From Nitrospiraceae bacterium (GTDB taxonomy: Bacteria > Nitrospirota > Nitrospiria > Nitrospirales > Nitrospiraceae), in NCBI GenBank assembly GCA_050246315.1, contig JBFWWG010000002.1:268811-332810 (forward strand): DNA of 64,000 nucleotides. The letters are read 5' to 3'. Positions 19,838 to 30,870 of the stretch are shown here, one piece after another. The position numbers were made by a program, and so were the translations under genes. The notes below the pieces were generated by a model. It had not been told where the DNA came from and did not search any database. It worked only from the letters and a program-made list of their open reading frames with translations. Position 1 is the stretch's first letter. Every line of letters begins with the position of its first letter.

Positions 19838-20674
19838 TCACCCTTGCCTCGCTGGAGACTGAGTGCGCGGCTGTCGGGGGGGCGGCATCTCAAACGTGCC
19901 TTTCTCCTGCCTCCACCAATCACTCCACTCCTGAGACCACTCTTCCCGTTGCTGCCTCGTCGAGGATTCCCAATCGTGCATTTCCGTTTCGTGGTGGGTC
20001 AGAATCCAGAGGGAATGCAGGGCCGAGATCGACACGAACCGTTCATCATCCACCAGAAGGCCGATCAGGACATCGACCACGCCCTTTTCTCCGACGTACC
20101 GAGATTCGAAGGCCGCGGACTTTCGAACAGAGGAGTTCATGTCCTTGGCCATCACCGCTATCGCCTCGACCGTCTGCGACGGGTCGAGGCGAACTGAAAC
20201 GCGGAGGGCATGTTCCCTGATTCGCGGTAGCTCGTTAGGCTGCTTGGCCGTCGTGAGCAGCGCCGGTACGGCCGAGGCCGCTTTCAAAATCGAGAGCGTC
20301 TCGATAGCATTATAGCGAATCCGAGGCCCTGGCATGCCCAGCGCCTTCACCAGCACCGGCACCACCGGAAGGCCAAGGTGGACAAACTCCCCGATCGCCC
20401 AATACTCCTGCTTGCCTTCAAGCAGCGGCAACAGCGCCTCCGCGCGTTTGAGCTCCTCCTCCGACAACACCTGCGTATTCTGAGGGACCGAGGTATCGGG
20501 AGCCTTCTGGGTTCCGGGCGGCCGCTCGAAGTCGTACGGCGTCGCGGCCTCTCCGCCACCCTCTCCCAAGGACTGCGCCCCACCCAGATTCCCCCATCCG
20601 GCCCATACCAACCCGGCCGTCACAACCACTGTACCGACTGTCATCCATCTGGCCATCATGCCAATACTCCTCAC
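19838..20674 (-). CDS. exported HEAT-repeat protein
   Basis: N-terminal signal/TM; repeated VPxLxxxL...R..A..AL units. Confidence 0.8.
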   Translation of the reverse strand: MRSIGMMARWMTVGTVVVTAGLVWAGWGNLGGAQSLGEGGGEAATPYDFERPPGTQKAPDTSVPQNTQVLSEEELKRAEALLPLLEGKQEYWAIGEFVHLGLPVVPVLVKALGMPGPRIRYNAIETLSILKAASAVPALLTTAKQPNELPRIREHALRVSVRLDPSQTVEAIAVMAKDMNSSVRKSAAFESRYVGEKGVVDVLIGLLVDDERFVSISALHSLWILTHHETEMHDWESSTRQQREEWSQEWSDWWRQEKGTFEMPPPRQPRTQSPARQG

Positions 20675-23600
20675 GATTCAGGTCCTCCGCTTACCTCGAT
20701 TTGGTGCTGACGTGCTTGGACACGCCGCCGCAGCCGTCTCCCCGCAATCTGATGCACCAGCAGATACAGCACCGGGAGCACGATCAAGATCAACACCGCC
20801 GCCGTCAACATCCCTCCCACGACGACCCGGGCCAGCGGTTTCTGGGCCTGCGCACCGATGCCTGTGGCGATCGCCGCAGGGAACAGACCGATGGCGGCGC
20901 CGAGCGTGGCCATCAGAATGGGACGAAGCTGCGAATCAGCCCCTTTGCGGACGGCCGCTTCCAAGGATTCGCCCATCTGCCGCAGGTCCTCGATCCGCGA
21001 GATCAGCAAGACGCCTCCCAAGATGGCGACGCCGAGGGTCGAGATGACGCCGACGGCGGCCGAAATGCTAAAGTTGGTCCCGGTCGCGACCAGAGTCAAG
21101 ACCCCTCCGATCAGCGCAAAGGGGACCGTCACCAGCACCAACAGCGCGTTCGTCAAGGAATTGAACGCGGTAAACAGCAGGAAGAGAATGACCAACAAAC
21201 TGATCGGGACGACCACCGCCAGTCGTTGCTGCTCGCTCTTCAACTGATCATACTGTCCCGCCCACTCCAAATGATAGCGGTCCGGCAGCGTAATCTCGCG
21301 CGCGAGTCGCGCCTGAGCTTCCTCCACCGTGCTTGCCAGATCCCGGTCTCGGACGCTGAACTTGATCGGAATGTACCGTTGGTTGTTTTCGCGGTAAATG
21401 ATGAAGGCGCCGGTTTCCGTCGAGATATTCGCAATCTGTTTGAGCGGAATGCGCGCCCCGTCCGGGGTGCTCACGAGGATGTTACTGATGGTCTCCATAT
21501 CCCGTCGGAACTCCGACGAAAAGCGCACGACCAAATCGAACAGGCGCTCGCCCTCGTAGACCTGTGTCACCGCCTGGCCGCCGACTGCGGCCTGCACGAC
21601 GGCGTTGACGTCCGCCACCTGTAAGCCGTAGCGGGCGCTGGCCTGGCGGTCTACTTGGATCAGCAAGTTTGGCTGCCCCATCAGCCGGAAGATTCCCAAA
21701 TCCTTGACCCCCGGCACCGTGCGCATCACCCGCTCGATTTGCACGGCCTTTTCCTCCATGACCTTCAAATCGGACCCGAACAGCTTGATCGAGTTCTCCC
21801 CCTTCACGCCGGACATGGCTTCTTCCACATTATCCTGAATGACCTGGGAAAAATTCAGCACGATTCCGGGAATTCCTTGTAGTCGTGCTTCGATCTCGGC
21901 GATCAGCCCCTCCTTGGTCAGGTTGGGTCGCCATTCCTTTTGGGGGCGCAGGTTGGCGAGGAACTCGCTATTGAAGAAACTCGTCGGGTCCGTCCCGTCG
22001 TCCGGCCGCCCCAACTGCGACACCACGGTCGTCACCTCCGGCGATTCACGGAAGGCGCGCCGCATATCCCCGCTGATACGAGCGGCTTGTTCAAACGAAA
22101 TATCCACGGGCATGGTGGCTCGGACCCACAGGTTGCCCTCTTCCAGGGACGGCATGAATTCCCCGCCCATGAACTGCAGGACCACCAGGGAGACCAGCAT
22201 GAGGCCCCCTACGCCCGCGGTGACGACGAACTCGTGCGTCAGGGCCCAATCCAGAACCCGGGCATAGAGCCATCGCACCCCGCGCACCAGCCGCGTGTCT
22301 TCTTCTTTCACGGCGCTGCTCAGCAGGATGGAGCAGAGGACAGGCGCCAAGGTGAAGGCCATCAGCAGAGCGCCCAATAGGGCGAAGCCGTAGGTGATGG
22401 ACATCGGGGCAAAAATTCTTCCCGGGACGCCCTGCATGGTGAACAACGGAATGAACGCCACCACGATAATCGCCGTCGAATAGAAGATCGGGCGGCCGAC
22501 CTGCTTCGCGGCTCGGACGACGTGGTGCGGCACGGTCAGTCCCGGATGGTGAAAGTGCGCCAGATGGAAGAAGACGCTTTCCACCATAATCAACGTGGCA
22601 TCGACGATGATGCCGAAGTCAATGGCGCCCAAGGAGATCAGGTTGGCCGACTGCCCCATCACGACCATCATGCTGAACGTGAACAGCAAGGCCAGAGGAA
22701 TCGTCAAGGCCACGATCAGAGCGGCGCGAAGGTTGCCGAGAAACACGTAGAGCAGCACGAACACCAACGCCATACCGCTCAACAGAATGTCCGTCACGGT
22801 TTCGATGGTCGTATGGATCAGCGCCGTGCGATCGTAGAACGTTTCGATCTTCACTCCAGGGGGCAGTTTCAACAGGTTCAGTTCCTCGACTTTCTGCCTC
22901 ACGTCGTCCAACACCGATAGCGCCTTATACCCGCGCTGCAACAGCACCACACCTTCGACGACATCGTCGTTCTCGTCGATCCCCACCTTCCCCAGCCGCA
23001 CCCGGTGCCCCGTACTCACGTTGGCGAGACTTCTGACGAAGATCGGCGTCCCGTCCTTCTGCGCCACCACGACGTTCTCGATGTCGTCCAGACTGTCGAT
23101 CAAGCCCACCCCGCGAACGTTGAAGTTCTGCCCTCCAACCGTGAGGTAGTTTCCCCCGACATTCGCATTACTGTTGGTCAAGGCCGTCATGACCTGCGAC
23201 AGGTTCACCCCGTACCCGATCAATTTTCCGGGATCGACATCGACGTGATATTCCTTCGTCGTCCCGCCGAAGGCGGTCACATCGATCACCCCCGGCACTC
23301 GGCGGAACTCACGGCGCAACACCCAATCTTGGATCGTCTTGAGATCGGTCAACGACGTCTGTTCGTCGCCGACCAGTTGATACCGATAGATCTCGGCGAT
23401 GGCCCACCAAGGCGAGAGTGTCGGCTGGGCGCCGGAAGGCAAGGTCACCGTCGCCAATCGGTTCAGCACTTCCTGGCGGTCGAAGAAGTACTCCGTCTGA
23501 AAATCGAAATAGATCTTGATGTCGCTGAGCCCGAAGATGGAGAGCGAGCGGATATCGGTCAGCCCGGGCATCCCATTGAGGGCCACCTCGATCGGCACCG

Positions 23601-23796
23601 TAATCTGCCGTTCCATTTCCTGTGCCGACCATCCCTGATATTGGGTGATGACCTCGACCATCGGCGGAGACGGATCGGGATAGGCCACCACGTCCAGCGT
23701 ATGGAACGCGTGCAGCCCCCCGAAAAAGAGCGCGAATCCGATGGCGCAGAGCAGAACCCGTTGAGACAGCGACAGCTCAACGACTCGTGCAATCAT
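20671..23796 (-). CDS. CusA/CzcA heavy-metal efflux RND permease
   Basis: 1041 aa; GAIDFGIIVD, AQKPLARVVVGG. Confidence 0.95.
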   Translation of the reverse strand: MIARVVELSLSQRVLLCAIGFALFFGGLHAFHTLDVVAYPDPSPPMVEVITQYQGWSAQEMERQITVPIEVALNGMPGLTDIRSLSIFGLSDIKIYFDFQTEYFFDRQEVLNRLATVTLPSGAQPTLSPWWAIAEIYRYQLVGDEQTSLTDLKTIQDWVLRREFRRVPGVIDVTAFGGTTKEYHVDVDPGKLIGYGVNLSQVMTALTNSNANVGGNYLTVGGQNFNVRGVGLIDSLDDIENVVVAQKDGTPIFVRSLANVSTGHRVRLGKVGIDENDDVVEGVVLLQRGYKALSVLDDVRQKVEELNLLKLPPGVKIETFYDRTALIHTTIETVTDILLSGMALVFVLLYVFLGNLRAALIVALTIPLALLFTFSMMVVMGQSANLISLGAIDFGIIVDATLIMVESVFFHLAHFHHPGLTVPHHVVRAAKQVGRPIFYSTAIIVVAFIPLFTMQGVPGRIFAPMSITYGFALLGALLMAFTLAPVLCSILLSSAVKEEDTRLVRGVRWLYARVLDWALTHEFVVTAGVGGLMLVSLVVLQFMGGEFMPSLEEGNLWVRATMPVDISFEQAARISGDMRRAFRESPEVTTVVSQLGRPDDGTDPTSFFNSEFLANLRPQKEWRPNLTKEGLIAEIEARLQGIPGIVLNFSQVIQDNVEEAMSGVKGENSIKLFGSDLKVMEEKAVQIERVMRTVPGVKDLGIFRLMGQPNLLIQVDRQASARYGLQVADVNAVVQAAVGGQAVTQVYEGERLFDLVVRFSSEFRRDMETISNILVSTPDGARIPLKQIANISTETGAFIIYRENNQRYIPIKFSVRDRDLASTVEEAQARLAREITLPDRYHLEWAGQYDQLKSEQQRLAVVVPISLLVILFLLFTAFNSLTNALLVLVTVPFALIGGVLTLVATGTNFSISAAVGVISTLGVAILGGVLLISRIEDLRQMGESLEAAVRKGADSQLRPILMATLGAAIGLFPAAIATGIGAQAQKPLARVVVGGMLTAAVLILIVLPVLYLLVHQIAGRRLRRRVQARQHQIEVSGGPES

Positions 23797-23857
23797 GGAG
23801 CGAAGTCAACGATGGGGGATCGATGGAGAGAGGGATCGCTTCGCGCATCACGAACAC

Positions 23858-25006
23858 TTATCCTTTGAGTTCCTGGCCCTTGATCAAGACCGCTCCTTTC
23901 ACGACGATACGCTGTCCTTGAGAGAGGCCTTCCAGCACGCGCACCTGATCTCCGGAGAGGTTCGATACCTTGACCTCATGCCGCTGATATCCGGCGTCGC
24001 CGGTCAGCAGATAGACATAGTGCTTGCCGTCCACTTCGATGACCGCCTCTCGTGGAATCGTCAAGAACACATGGGCGTCGGCCACATCAATGTTGAGTCG
24101 TGCGAACATCTCTGGCTTGAGTTTGTGGTCCTCGTTGTTCACCCAAGCGCGCACCTTGATCGTCCGGCTGCTGGGATCGACCGTGTCTCCGATCGCCGCC
24201 ACGACGGCGGGGAAGTCTTCGCCCGGATAGGCCTCCACGTTGACGCGCGCCACCTGGCTCACTTTGACCAACGAGAGATCCCGTTCGTAGACATCGGCAA
24301 TGACTTGAAGCTTGCCGAGATCGGCGACCGTGAAAAGCACTTGATCCGGATCTCCTCCGACGGATTGGCCAGGAGTGACCGCGCGATCCACGACCGTGCC
24401 CGCCAGCGGGCTCTTTAATTCAAACCGCGAGGTGATGCGCTGCTGCGCGAGCGGCTTTTCCAACTCCGCGGCCGGTACCCGCAGCGACAACAGCCGCTCC
24501 TTCGCCCTCCGAAACTCGGCCCGCGCCTTGATCAGATCATTTTCGGCCTGCTTGAGATCCTTCTGCGGCAGAGCTTTGGTCTCATAGAGATCCTTCGCCA
24601 GCTCATAGGCCCGCGTCGCGTATTCCATCTCGCTGGCCTCTTTCACATAGTCCGAATAGACGGCGGTGATCTCGGGGCTGTCAATGACCAGGAGGACATC
24701 CCCGGGTTTGACATAATCTCCCAGCCTGGCCCGGACTTCCAGGATGCGGCCTTGCAGAGGCGAGGAAATTTTTGAGTAGCGGTCGTCGCCGTAGGCGACC
24801 TTGCCCGACAGCACCAGGGCGGGGTGCGACGTGGTATACCCGACCTCGGCAATCTCAATCCGTGTCTTGAAGTCGGAGGACTCAGATTGCGGCGCAGAGG
24901 CGGCTCGTTGCGACGCCTGCGGCCCGACCGCGGGGCTGTCATTGCCGCTGCAGGATGCGAGAACAATCACGCCTGCCATCGCCGCACAGAGCCAGACGGA
25001 TTTCAT
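23858..25006 (-). CDS. RND periplasmic adaptor (CzcB-like)
   Basis: Lipobox LASC; lipoyl halves, LKPEMFA. Confidence 0.9.
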   Translation of the reverse strand: MKSVWLCAAMAGVIVLASCSGNDSPAVGPQASQRAASAPQSESSDFKTRIEIAEVGYTTSHPALVLSGKVAYGDDRYSKISSPLQGRILEVRARLGDYVKPGDVLLVIDSPEITAVYSDYVKEASEMEYATRAYELAKDLYETKALPQKDLKQAENDLIKARAEFRRAKERLLSLRVPAAELEKPLAQQRITSRFELKSPLAGTVVDRAVTPGQSVGGDPDQVLFTVADLGKLQVIADVYERDLSLVKVSQVARVNVEAYPGEDFPAVVAAIGDTVDPSSRTIKVRAWVNNEDHKLKPEMFARLNIDVADAHVFLTIPREAVIEVDGKHYVYLLTGDAGYQRHEVKVSNLSGDQVRVLEGLSQGQRIVVKGAVLIKGQELKG

Positions 25007-26310
25007 GTCGAGATCTCCCGGCCGACGGCACTTTCCAATTGCAAGACGTTCCGCTGGTAATTGAATAGCGACTCCAAATAGCTCAATTGAATCGAGCGGG
25101 CGGTCCGCGCGGCGTCCAGCAATTCCAGAATCGTCGCTCCGCCGCGCTCGTAGGCCCGTTCCACGATCGTCAAGGTCTGACGGGCATCCTCCAGGACGCC
25201 CTTCTGATACGCCTCCACCAGATTGCGGCTCTGGATCAAGTTGCGGTGGGCGATATCGACTTGGTTCTCAACCTCGACGAGCGTCTTTCTGAGATCGGCC
25301 TCCGCGACCTGCACATTGACCTCGCCCTGCGCGATCCCGCCTTGATTGCGGTTGAACAGCGGGAGCGGAACCCCGACGCTGAGCCCGAGCTGTTGGGGAT
25401 TGTCAGGTCCTTGAGCTCCCTGTACGGCGTAGCCTCCCCCGATCGTCACGTCGGGATAGCGGTACGACTGCGCCAACTTCAGATCGGCGGACCGTTGCGC
25501 GCGCGCAATGCGCTTGACGCGAATATCGGGCCGGCCGTCCAACGCCAGTTGCTGCATCGCCCGCACATCGGGATCGAGCCGTCGATATTCCATGTCCGTC
25601 GTTAATTCCACCTTCGTGGTCGCCGGCAACTGGAGAAGCACCCGGAGATCCGCCCGCGCCGACTCGGTGTCCTGTAGAGCTGTGATGACCTGCGAGTGAA
25701 AGTCCACGACTTGCAGGCGGATGCGGATCAGATCGACTTCCGCAATGAATCCCTTCTTGAAGCGAACCGTGTTGATCTCAAGGATGCGGGCGAACCGATC
25801 GCGGTTCTCTTCCGCCAGGCTAAGGCGTCTCAGCCCGAGCTGCACTCGGTAATAGGTCTCCTTGAGCGTGAAACTCAACTGGCGGATGGCGTCTTCGAAC
25901 GCCGCCTCCGCCCCTTGAATGCCATAGGCCGCGCTTTCAATGCGATACCCGCGTTTGCCCGCCATTTCGAAGAGCTGCTGGACTTGGGGATAGATTTGCC
26001 CGCTATTGGACAACGTGCGGCCCTGCGTCCACGATCCCAGCGCGCCGACGGAAAGCACCGGGTTGGGAAACAGCCGGGCCGTGATCGCCTGGCCTTGCGC
26101 GGAATCGATTCCGTACTTGGCGATGATCAGGTCGAGGTTCTGGCGCAGAAACAGCGCCAGCGCTTCCTCCAACGACAGCCGGACAATGGCCGCGGGGCGA
26201 GGCTGCGGAGAGGTGGACATTTCCACCGCGACAGCATCGGCAAAGAGCAGGGCGACGCAGCCGCCAAGGATTGCGAGAAACAGCAGACAGGTCTCTCTCG
26301 CACCTCTCAT
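25003..26310 (-). CDS. TolC/CzcC outer-membrane efflux protein
   Basis: LSLEEAL...PNP, PLPLFNRNQG motifs; start codon uncertain. Confidence 0.9.
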   Translation of the reverse strand: MRGARETCLLFLAILGGCVALLFADAVAVEMSTSPQPRPAAIVRLSLEEALALFLRQNLDLIIAKYGIDSAQGQAITARLFPNPVLSVGALGSWTQGRTLSNSGQIYPQVQQLFEMAGKRGYRIESAAYGIQGAEAAFEDAIRQLSFTLKETYYRVQLGLRRLSLAEENRDRFARILEINTVRFKKGFIAEVDLIRIRLQVVDFHSQVITALQDTESARADLRVLLQLPATTKVELTTDMEYRRLDPDVRAMQQLALDGRPDIRVKRIARAQRSADLKLAQSYRYPDVTIGGGYAVQGAQGPDNPQQLGLSVGVPLPLFNRNQGGIAQGEVNVQVAEADLRKTLVEVENQVDIAHRNLIQSRNLVEAYQKGVLEDARQTLTIVERAYERGGATILELLDAARTARSIQLSYLESLFNYQRNVLQLESAVGREIST

Positions 26311-26475
26311 TGAAGGGCGGGATCGAATGCCTGAATGATCACACGAAGGAGTGATCTTCACAGAATTTTTCGTCGAGGGCTCTACCGATTTGAGGAGACT
26401 GGCCTAACACATTGAAAATCGGATCATTATACCGTTTTTGCGCAGCCAGGGAAATAGAAACACCAGGCCCGCCGG

Positions 26476-27552
26476 TCAGGTCATTTTGAGTTCGGTCCAG
26501 GCCCGGTCGTACAAGCGGATCGCCAGGCCGACGTCCCTCATCCATTCCAGCCCGCGGAGGAGAGAGAGATCCGGAAAGATCCCGGTATCATTCCTCAGAT
26601 CCGGACGCACCCGTTCCTTGGCCAGCCGGTTGGCCGGCGCGAAAAACAGCCGCTCCGCCGTCATCGCCGACACTCTGGTCTCAAGGAGGAAATTGATGAA
26701 TCGAGAGGCCAAGTCCCGCTGCCGGGATGACTTGAGAACCACCAAACAATCAGCCCAGATCGTGCCGCCCTCCCTCGGCACGGTATAGCGGATCGATGGA
26801 CGCTCGGCCCTTACCCGGACCATGGGACCCACCCAGCCGTGGGCCAAGACCACTTCTCCCGACGCCAACATCTGGTCGTAATGGTCGCTGGTATAGGCCT
26901 TCACCAGCGGTTTTTGCAAGATCAACCGGTCTTTGGCCCGTTCGATTGCGACGGGATCGACCTGATTCAAGGAGACGCCCATCAGCCGGAAGACCGCGCC
27001 GAAGACTTCACGTTGGTCATTGAGCATGCTGATCCGCCCGCGATAACGACTATCCCACAGGACAGCCCACGAGTCCGGAGGAGTCGGGAACAAGGCCGCA
27101 TCATAGCCGATGCCCACGGTGCCCCAGAGATAAGGAACTGAATAGTGATTCTCGGGATCGAAGGCAAGGTCCTGCAAGTGCGGTTCGACCAGATCCAGAT
27201 TGGGCAGCCGATCCCGAGAGAGCTCGGCCAGCAATCCCAGTCGGATCATGATGGCGACCATAAAATCAGACGGCACCGCGACATCGTACCCGCTCGCTCC
27301 AGTCTGCAATTTGGCAAGGAGTTCTTCGTTGCTGCTGAACGTATCCACGACGACCTGCACCCCTTCCTGGCGTTCGAACTCGGCAATCAGGTCCTGACTG
27401 ACGTAATCGGACCAGGTAAAATAGTGCAGGACTCTCGGCGAGGGTCCGGTCCCCTGCTCCTCTTGACCAATGAACGGGCATCCTCCCAGCGCAAAGGCCG
27501 ATCCGATCAAGAGGACCGCCCCTCCGACGAAGGCCGGGCTATCCGACATCAT
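26476..27552 (-). CDS. potD: spermidine/putrescine ABC substrate-binding protein
   Basis: WSDY, SNEELLAK, PYLWGTVGIGY. Confidence 0.9.
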   Translation of the reverse strand: MMSDSPAFVGGAVLLIGSAFALGGCPFIGQEEQGTGPSPRVLHYFTWSDYVSQDLIAEFERQEGVQVVVDTFSSNEELLAKLQTGASGYDVAVPSDFMVAIMIRLGLLAELSRDRLPNLDLVEPHLQDLAFDPENHYSVPYLWGTVGIGYDAALFPTPPDSWAVLWDSRYRGRISMLNDQREVFGAVFRLMGVSLNQVDPVAIERAKDRLILQKPLVKAYTSDHYDQMLASGEVVLAHGWVGPMVRVRAERPSIRYTVPREGGTIWADCLVVLKSSRQRDLASRFINFLLETRVSAMTAERLFFAPANRLAKERVRPDLRNDTGIFPDLSLLRGLEWMRDVGLAIRLYDRAWTELKMT

Positions 27553-28325
27553 CGCACCGTCTCTCGGCGTTGCTGGGACAGCGCAGCGGCAACCAAGGTG
27601 ATCGAGATCAGCACCAGCAGGCTCGACAACGCGTTGATCTCCGGGGTCACGCCGGATCGAATCATGGAATAGACCCGCATCGGAAGCGTGGTGCCTCCGG
27701 GACCGGTCGTGAAAAAGGTTACGAGGAAATCGTCGATGGAAATGGTGAAGGCCAGTAACGCGCCACTGACGATCCCGGGCATGAGGAGTGGCAATGTAAT
27801 CCTACAGAACGATTGCCAGACGGAAGCGCCCAAATCGAGGGCGGCCTCGTCGAGCACCGGGTCCAGCCGACGTAACCGAGACCGGACCACGATCATGACC
27901 ACCGGGGCATTGAATGCCGTATGGGCCAAGGTGACCGTGATGATTCCCAGCGGCAACTTGACGACGACGAACAGGAGCATGAAGGCGATTCCCATCATCA
28001 CCTCCGGAATCACCAGCGGGAGCACCAGCAGGAGTTCGAGCCAGGGATGCCTGCCTCGTTCGAGTGCAACCGCCCCCATCACGCCGAGAACCGTTGCCAT
28101 TGCCGTCGAAGCCAGTGCCACCTTCAACGTCACCACGGCGGCGTCCCACAGCGCGCGGTCTTGCATCAGGGCCGCGTACCATTTGATCGTCCATCCGTGC
28201 CAGGACGACACCGTGCGCCCGTCATTGAAGGAAAACAGAATCAGCACGACGATCGGCGCGTAAAGAAATCCCAGCACCAGCGAGCCGAGTGCCGAGGCCC
28301 ATAGTCGTTTCGAAGCGACGGCCAT
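27549..28325 (-). CDS. potC: polyamine ABC permease
   Basis: FLYAPI, EAA-DLGA loop, TPEINA. Confidence 0.9.
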   Translation of the reverse strand: MAVASKRLWASALGSLVLGFLYAPIVVLILFSFNDGRTVSSWHGWTIKWYAALMQDRALWDAAVVTLKVALASTAMATVLGVMGAVALERGRHPWLELLLVLPLVIPEVMMGIAFMLLFVVVKLPLGIITVTLAHTAFNAPVVMIVVRSRLRRLDPVLDEAALDLGASVWQSFCRITLPLLMPGIVSGALLAFTISIDDFLVTFFTTGPGGTTLPMRVYSMIRSGVTPEINALSSLLVLISITLVAAALSQQRRETVR

Positions 28326-28333
28326 GCCCGTTC

Positions 28334-29200
28334 CTATCGAAGAAACTCCTGCGAGCCGGTGACAGGGGCTACCCGTCTGAAGGCCCACAGTGCCAGCAGC
28401 ACCAACACAAGGAGGACCACGCTGAAGGCCGACCCCAACGGCCAGTCGCGGACCACCAAAAACTCGTGTTGCAGCAGGTTGCCCATCATCATCGTCCTGG
28501 CGCCGCCCAACAGGTCCGGGGTTAGGTAGGCGCCGAGCGAGGCCACAAACACGAGGACCGACCCCGCGATGATGCCGGGCAAGCTCAACGGCACAAGCAC
28601 CCGAAGGAGCACCTGCCACCCGGGGGCGTAGAGATCTCTGGCTGCCTCCTCCAGCACGGGATTGACCTGCTCCAGCGACGAGTAGATCGGCAGGATCATG
28701 AACGGCAGGTATCCGTACACCAATCCCAGCACCACGGCCGACGGCGTATACAGCAGGGTCATCGGCTCACTGGTCAGGGCCCACTTCATCAACCATGTAT
28801 TCAGGAGACCGTCGGTCCTCAGGATGAGAATCCAGGCATAAGTCCGAACCAGGAAATTGGCCCAGAGGGGGATCAACACCATGACCAACCAGAACGATTG
28901 CCACCGAGCCGACGAGCGCGCAATCAGGTACGCGAATGGAAATCCAACAAGGAGACAGATTCCCGTGACGGCAGCCGCGAGGGCGCAGGACCGCCAGACG
29001 ATCGTGAAATACAGCGGGTGCAGGAGGTCGCGATAGTTGGCAAGACTGAAGTCCCAGCGTATCCACCCATAGGTTTCACGGGTGCTGAGGCTGATCACCA
29101 GAACGATCACCAATGGCCCCCCGATCGCCAAGAGGGCCCAGAGCAGCGACCCGATATAGCACCAACGGCTCGCTTCCGAGGAACGGTCGTCTCGTCTCAT
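28334..29200 (-). CDS. potB: polyamine ABC permease
   Basis: LVRTYAW, YLPFMILPIY, EAA motif. Confidence 0.9.
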   Translation of the reverse strand: MRRDDRSSEASRWCYIGSLLWALLAIGGPLVIVLVISLSTRETYGWIRWDFSLANYRDLLHPLYFTIVWRSCALAAAVTGICLLVGFPFAYLIARSSARWQSFWLVMVLIPLWANFLVRTYAWILILRTDGLLNTWLMKWALTSEPMTLLYTPSAVVLGLVYGYLPFMILPIYSSLEQVNPVLEEAARDLYAPGWQVLLRVLVPLSLPGIIAGSVLVFVASLGAYLTPDLLGGARTMMMGNLLQHEFLVVRDWPLGSAFSVVLLVLVLLALWAFRRVAPVTGSQEFLR

Positions 29201-29219
29201 CCTTGAGTCGAATCACCCG

Positions 29220-30305
29220 TCACGAAGGAAGCAGGTACCCGTCGTCGCGATGCCACCAGGCGTAGGCATGGTCACCCACCGACCATGTCTTGCACCCGTT
29301 TCCGTTCGGGACCATGACATGCCAGAACAGTCCCTCATCGAGCCGCAGACGATAGCGCCGATGGGTGCCGGCATAGTCCACCTGATCGACTACCACCGGA
29401 ATGTTGGCCTCATCTCCCGATTCAAGCCCTTCACGTCGGACCGACACCAGTTCGGACCGAAGCACCAACGTGGCCTCCTGACCCTCCGAGAGTTTGACAA
29501 GTTCGCGGCTTGGAAGGTTCACCTTCAGATTCAACCGCGGCACGATCAGTTCTCCACGGTCCGGAGCAATCAGTCGAACGCGACCGGACAACAGATTGGA
29601 CCGGCCGAGAAACTCGGCGACGAAGCGGCAGGCCGGAGCTTCATAGACCTCCGACGGCGTGCCGACCTGGACAACCCGTCCCCGCTCCATCACGGCAAGC
29701 CGGTCGGACAGGGCGAGCGCTTCCGCCTGATGATGGGTCACGCAGACGAAGGTGATGCCGACTCGCTGCTGGATACGCTTGAGTTCGGCCGTCATACTCT
29801 GCCGGAGCAGTTCATCCAACGCCGCCATCGGCTCGTCCAGGAGGAGCACGGCCGGCCGATTCACCAGCGCACGCGCGATCGCAACCCGCTGCTGCTCCCC
29901 GCCGGAGAGCTGTGCCGGTCGGCGATCCCGTAGTGTTTCCAGACGCAGGATATCCGCAAGTCCGTCGAGGCGCCGGCGCCGCTCGTCCTTCGGCAGGCCC
30001 TGCATGAGCGGACCGAAGTCGATGTTCTCCTCGACGGTCATGTGAGGAAACAGCGCATATGACTGGAAGACGGTATTGACGGGTCGACGGCTGGGAGGCA
30101 CACCGGCCATCGGGCGACCTTGCAGCAGGATCTCACCGCGATCCGGTTGTTCGAACCCCGCGAGCAGGCGAAGCAGTGTGGTTTTCCCTGCGCCGCTCGG
30201 TCCGAGAATCGAGAAGAACTCTCCTTCGTGCACCGCAAGCGACACGCCGTGCACGACAGGCGGGCCCCCGTAGGATTTCTCCACCGCCCGCATCTCTAAG
30301 ATCAC
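29220..30305 (-). CDS. potA: polyamine ABC ATPase
   Basis: GPSGAGKT, LSGGEQQR, LLLDEP, TOBE tail. Confidence 0.9.
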   Translation of the reverse strand: MILEMRAVEKSYGGPPVVHGVSLAVHEGEFFSILGPSGAGKTTLLRLLAGFEQPDRGEILLQGRPMAGVPPSRRPVNTVFQSYALFPHMTVEENIDFGPLMQGLPKDERRRRLDGLADILRLETLRDRRPAQLSGGEQQRVAIARALVNRPAVLLLDEPMAALDELLRQSMTAELKRIQQRVGITFVCVTHHQAEALALSDRLAVMERGRVVQVGTPSEVYEAPACRFVAEFLGRSNLLSGRVRLIAPDRGELIVPRLNLKVNLPSRELVKLSEGQEATLVLRSELVSVRREGLESGDEANIPVVVDQVDYAGTHRRYRLRLDEGLFWHVMVPNGNGCKTWSVGDHAYAWWHRDDGYLLPS

Positions 30306-30451
30306 GACGTGATCCTTGGCCGACCCCGGACCCAGGAGAGGAAGGGACGCACGACTGCATACAACACTGAGAGGAAGGGATCCCCCACACTCCTGATCTC
30401 ACCGGCGTCAATCTCACGAACCGGCCGGTGCCGGCGGCTGGCGAGCCGCCC

Positions 30452-30739
30452 TCAGTGGTCCAACCCGAGCTTGGCCGGCACACGGCGCAGGAAGTCGCGT
30501 GCGCGTAACTGGGCTTGGTGACGCCGCAGCAGCTCGCGCCGAATGAGGTTCCGATCCTCCGCCACGATCCGCACCAATCGATCGGCGTCCTCGGCATGCT
30601 CGCGGATCAACTCCGAGAGGCGATGCATCTGCTGCTCCAAACGATTCAACCGCCGCAGCACATCGTCCGATTGTTTGATCGGCCGCGCGCCGTCCGTTCT
30701 CTCCCGCCGAGACTGGGTTGGAGTCCGTCGTTTAGCCAT
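30452..30739 (-). CDS. hypothetical coiled-coil protein
   Basis: GGAGG RBS; 95 aa helical ORF. Confidence 0.65.
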   Translation of the reverse strand: MAKRRTPTQSRRERTDGARPIKQSDDVLRRLNRLEQQMHRLSELIREHAEDADRLVRIVAEDRNLIRRELLRRHQAQLRARDFLRRVPAKLGLDH

Positions 30740-30870
30740 GGGCCTCCATGCAACTGGATGTAGGAGTCAGGCCCGTAGTATTCCCAGACCGGCCGAGCTT
30801 GTCAACCGGCGCCTGCTTTCCATTTCACACGGCTTTCTATTTCAGAGGCGCCCTGCTAGAATTTCGCCCG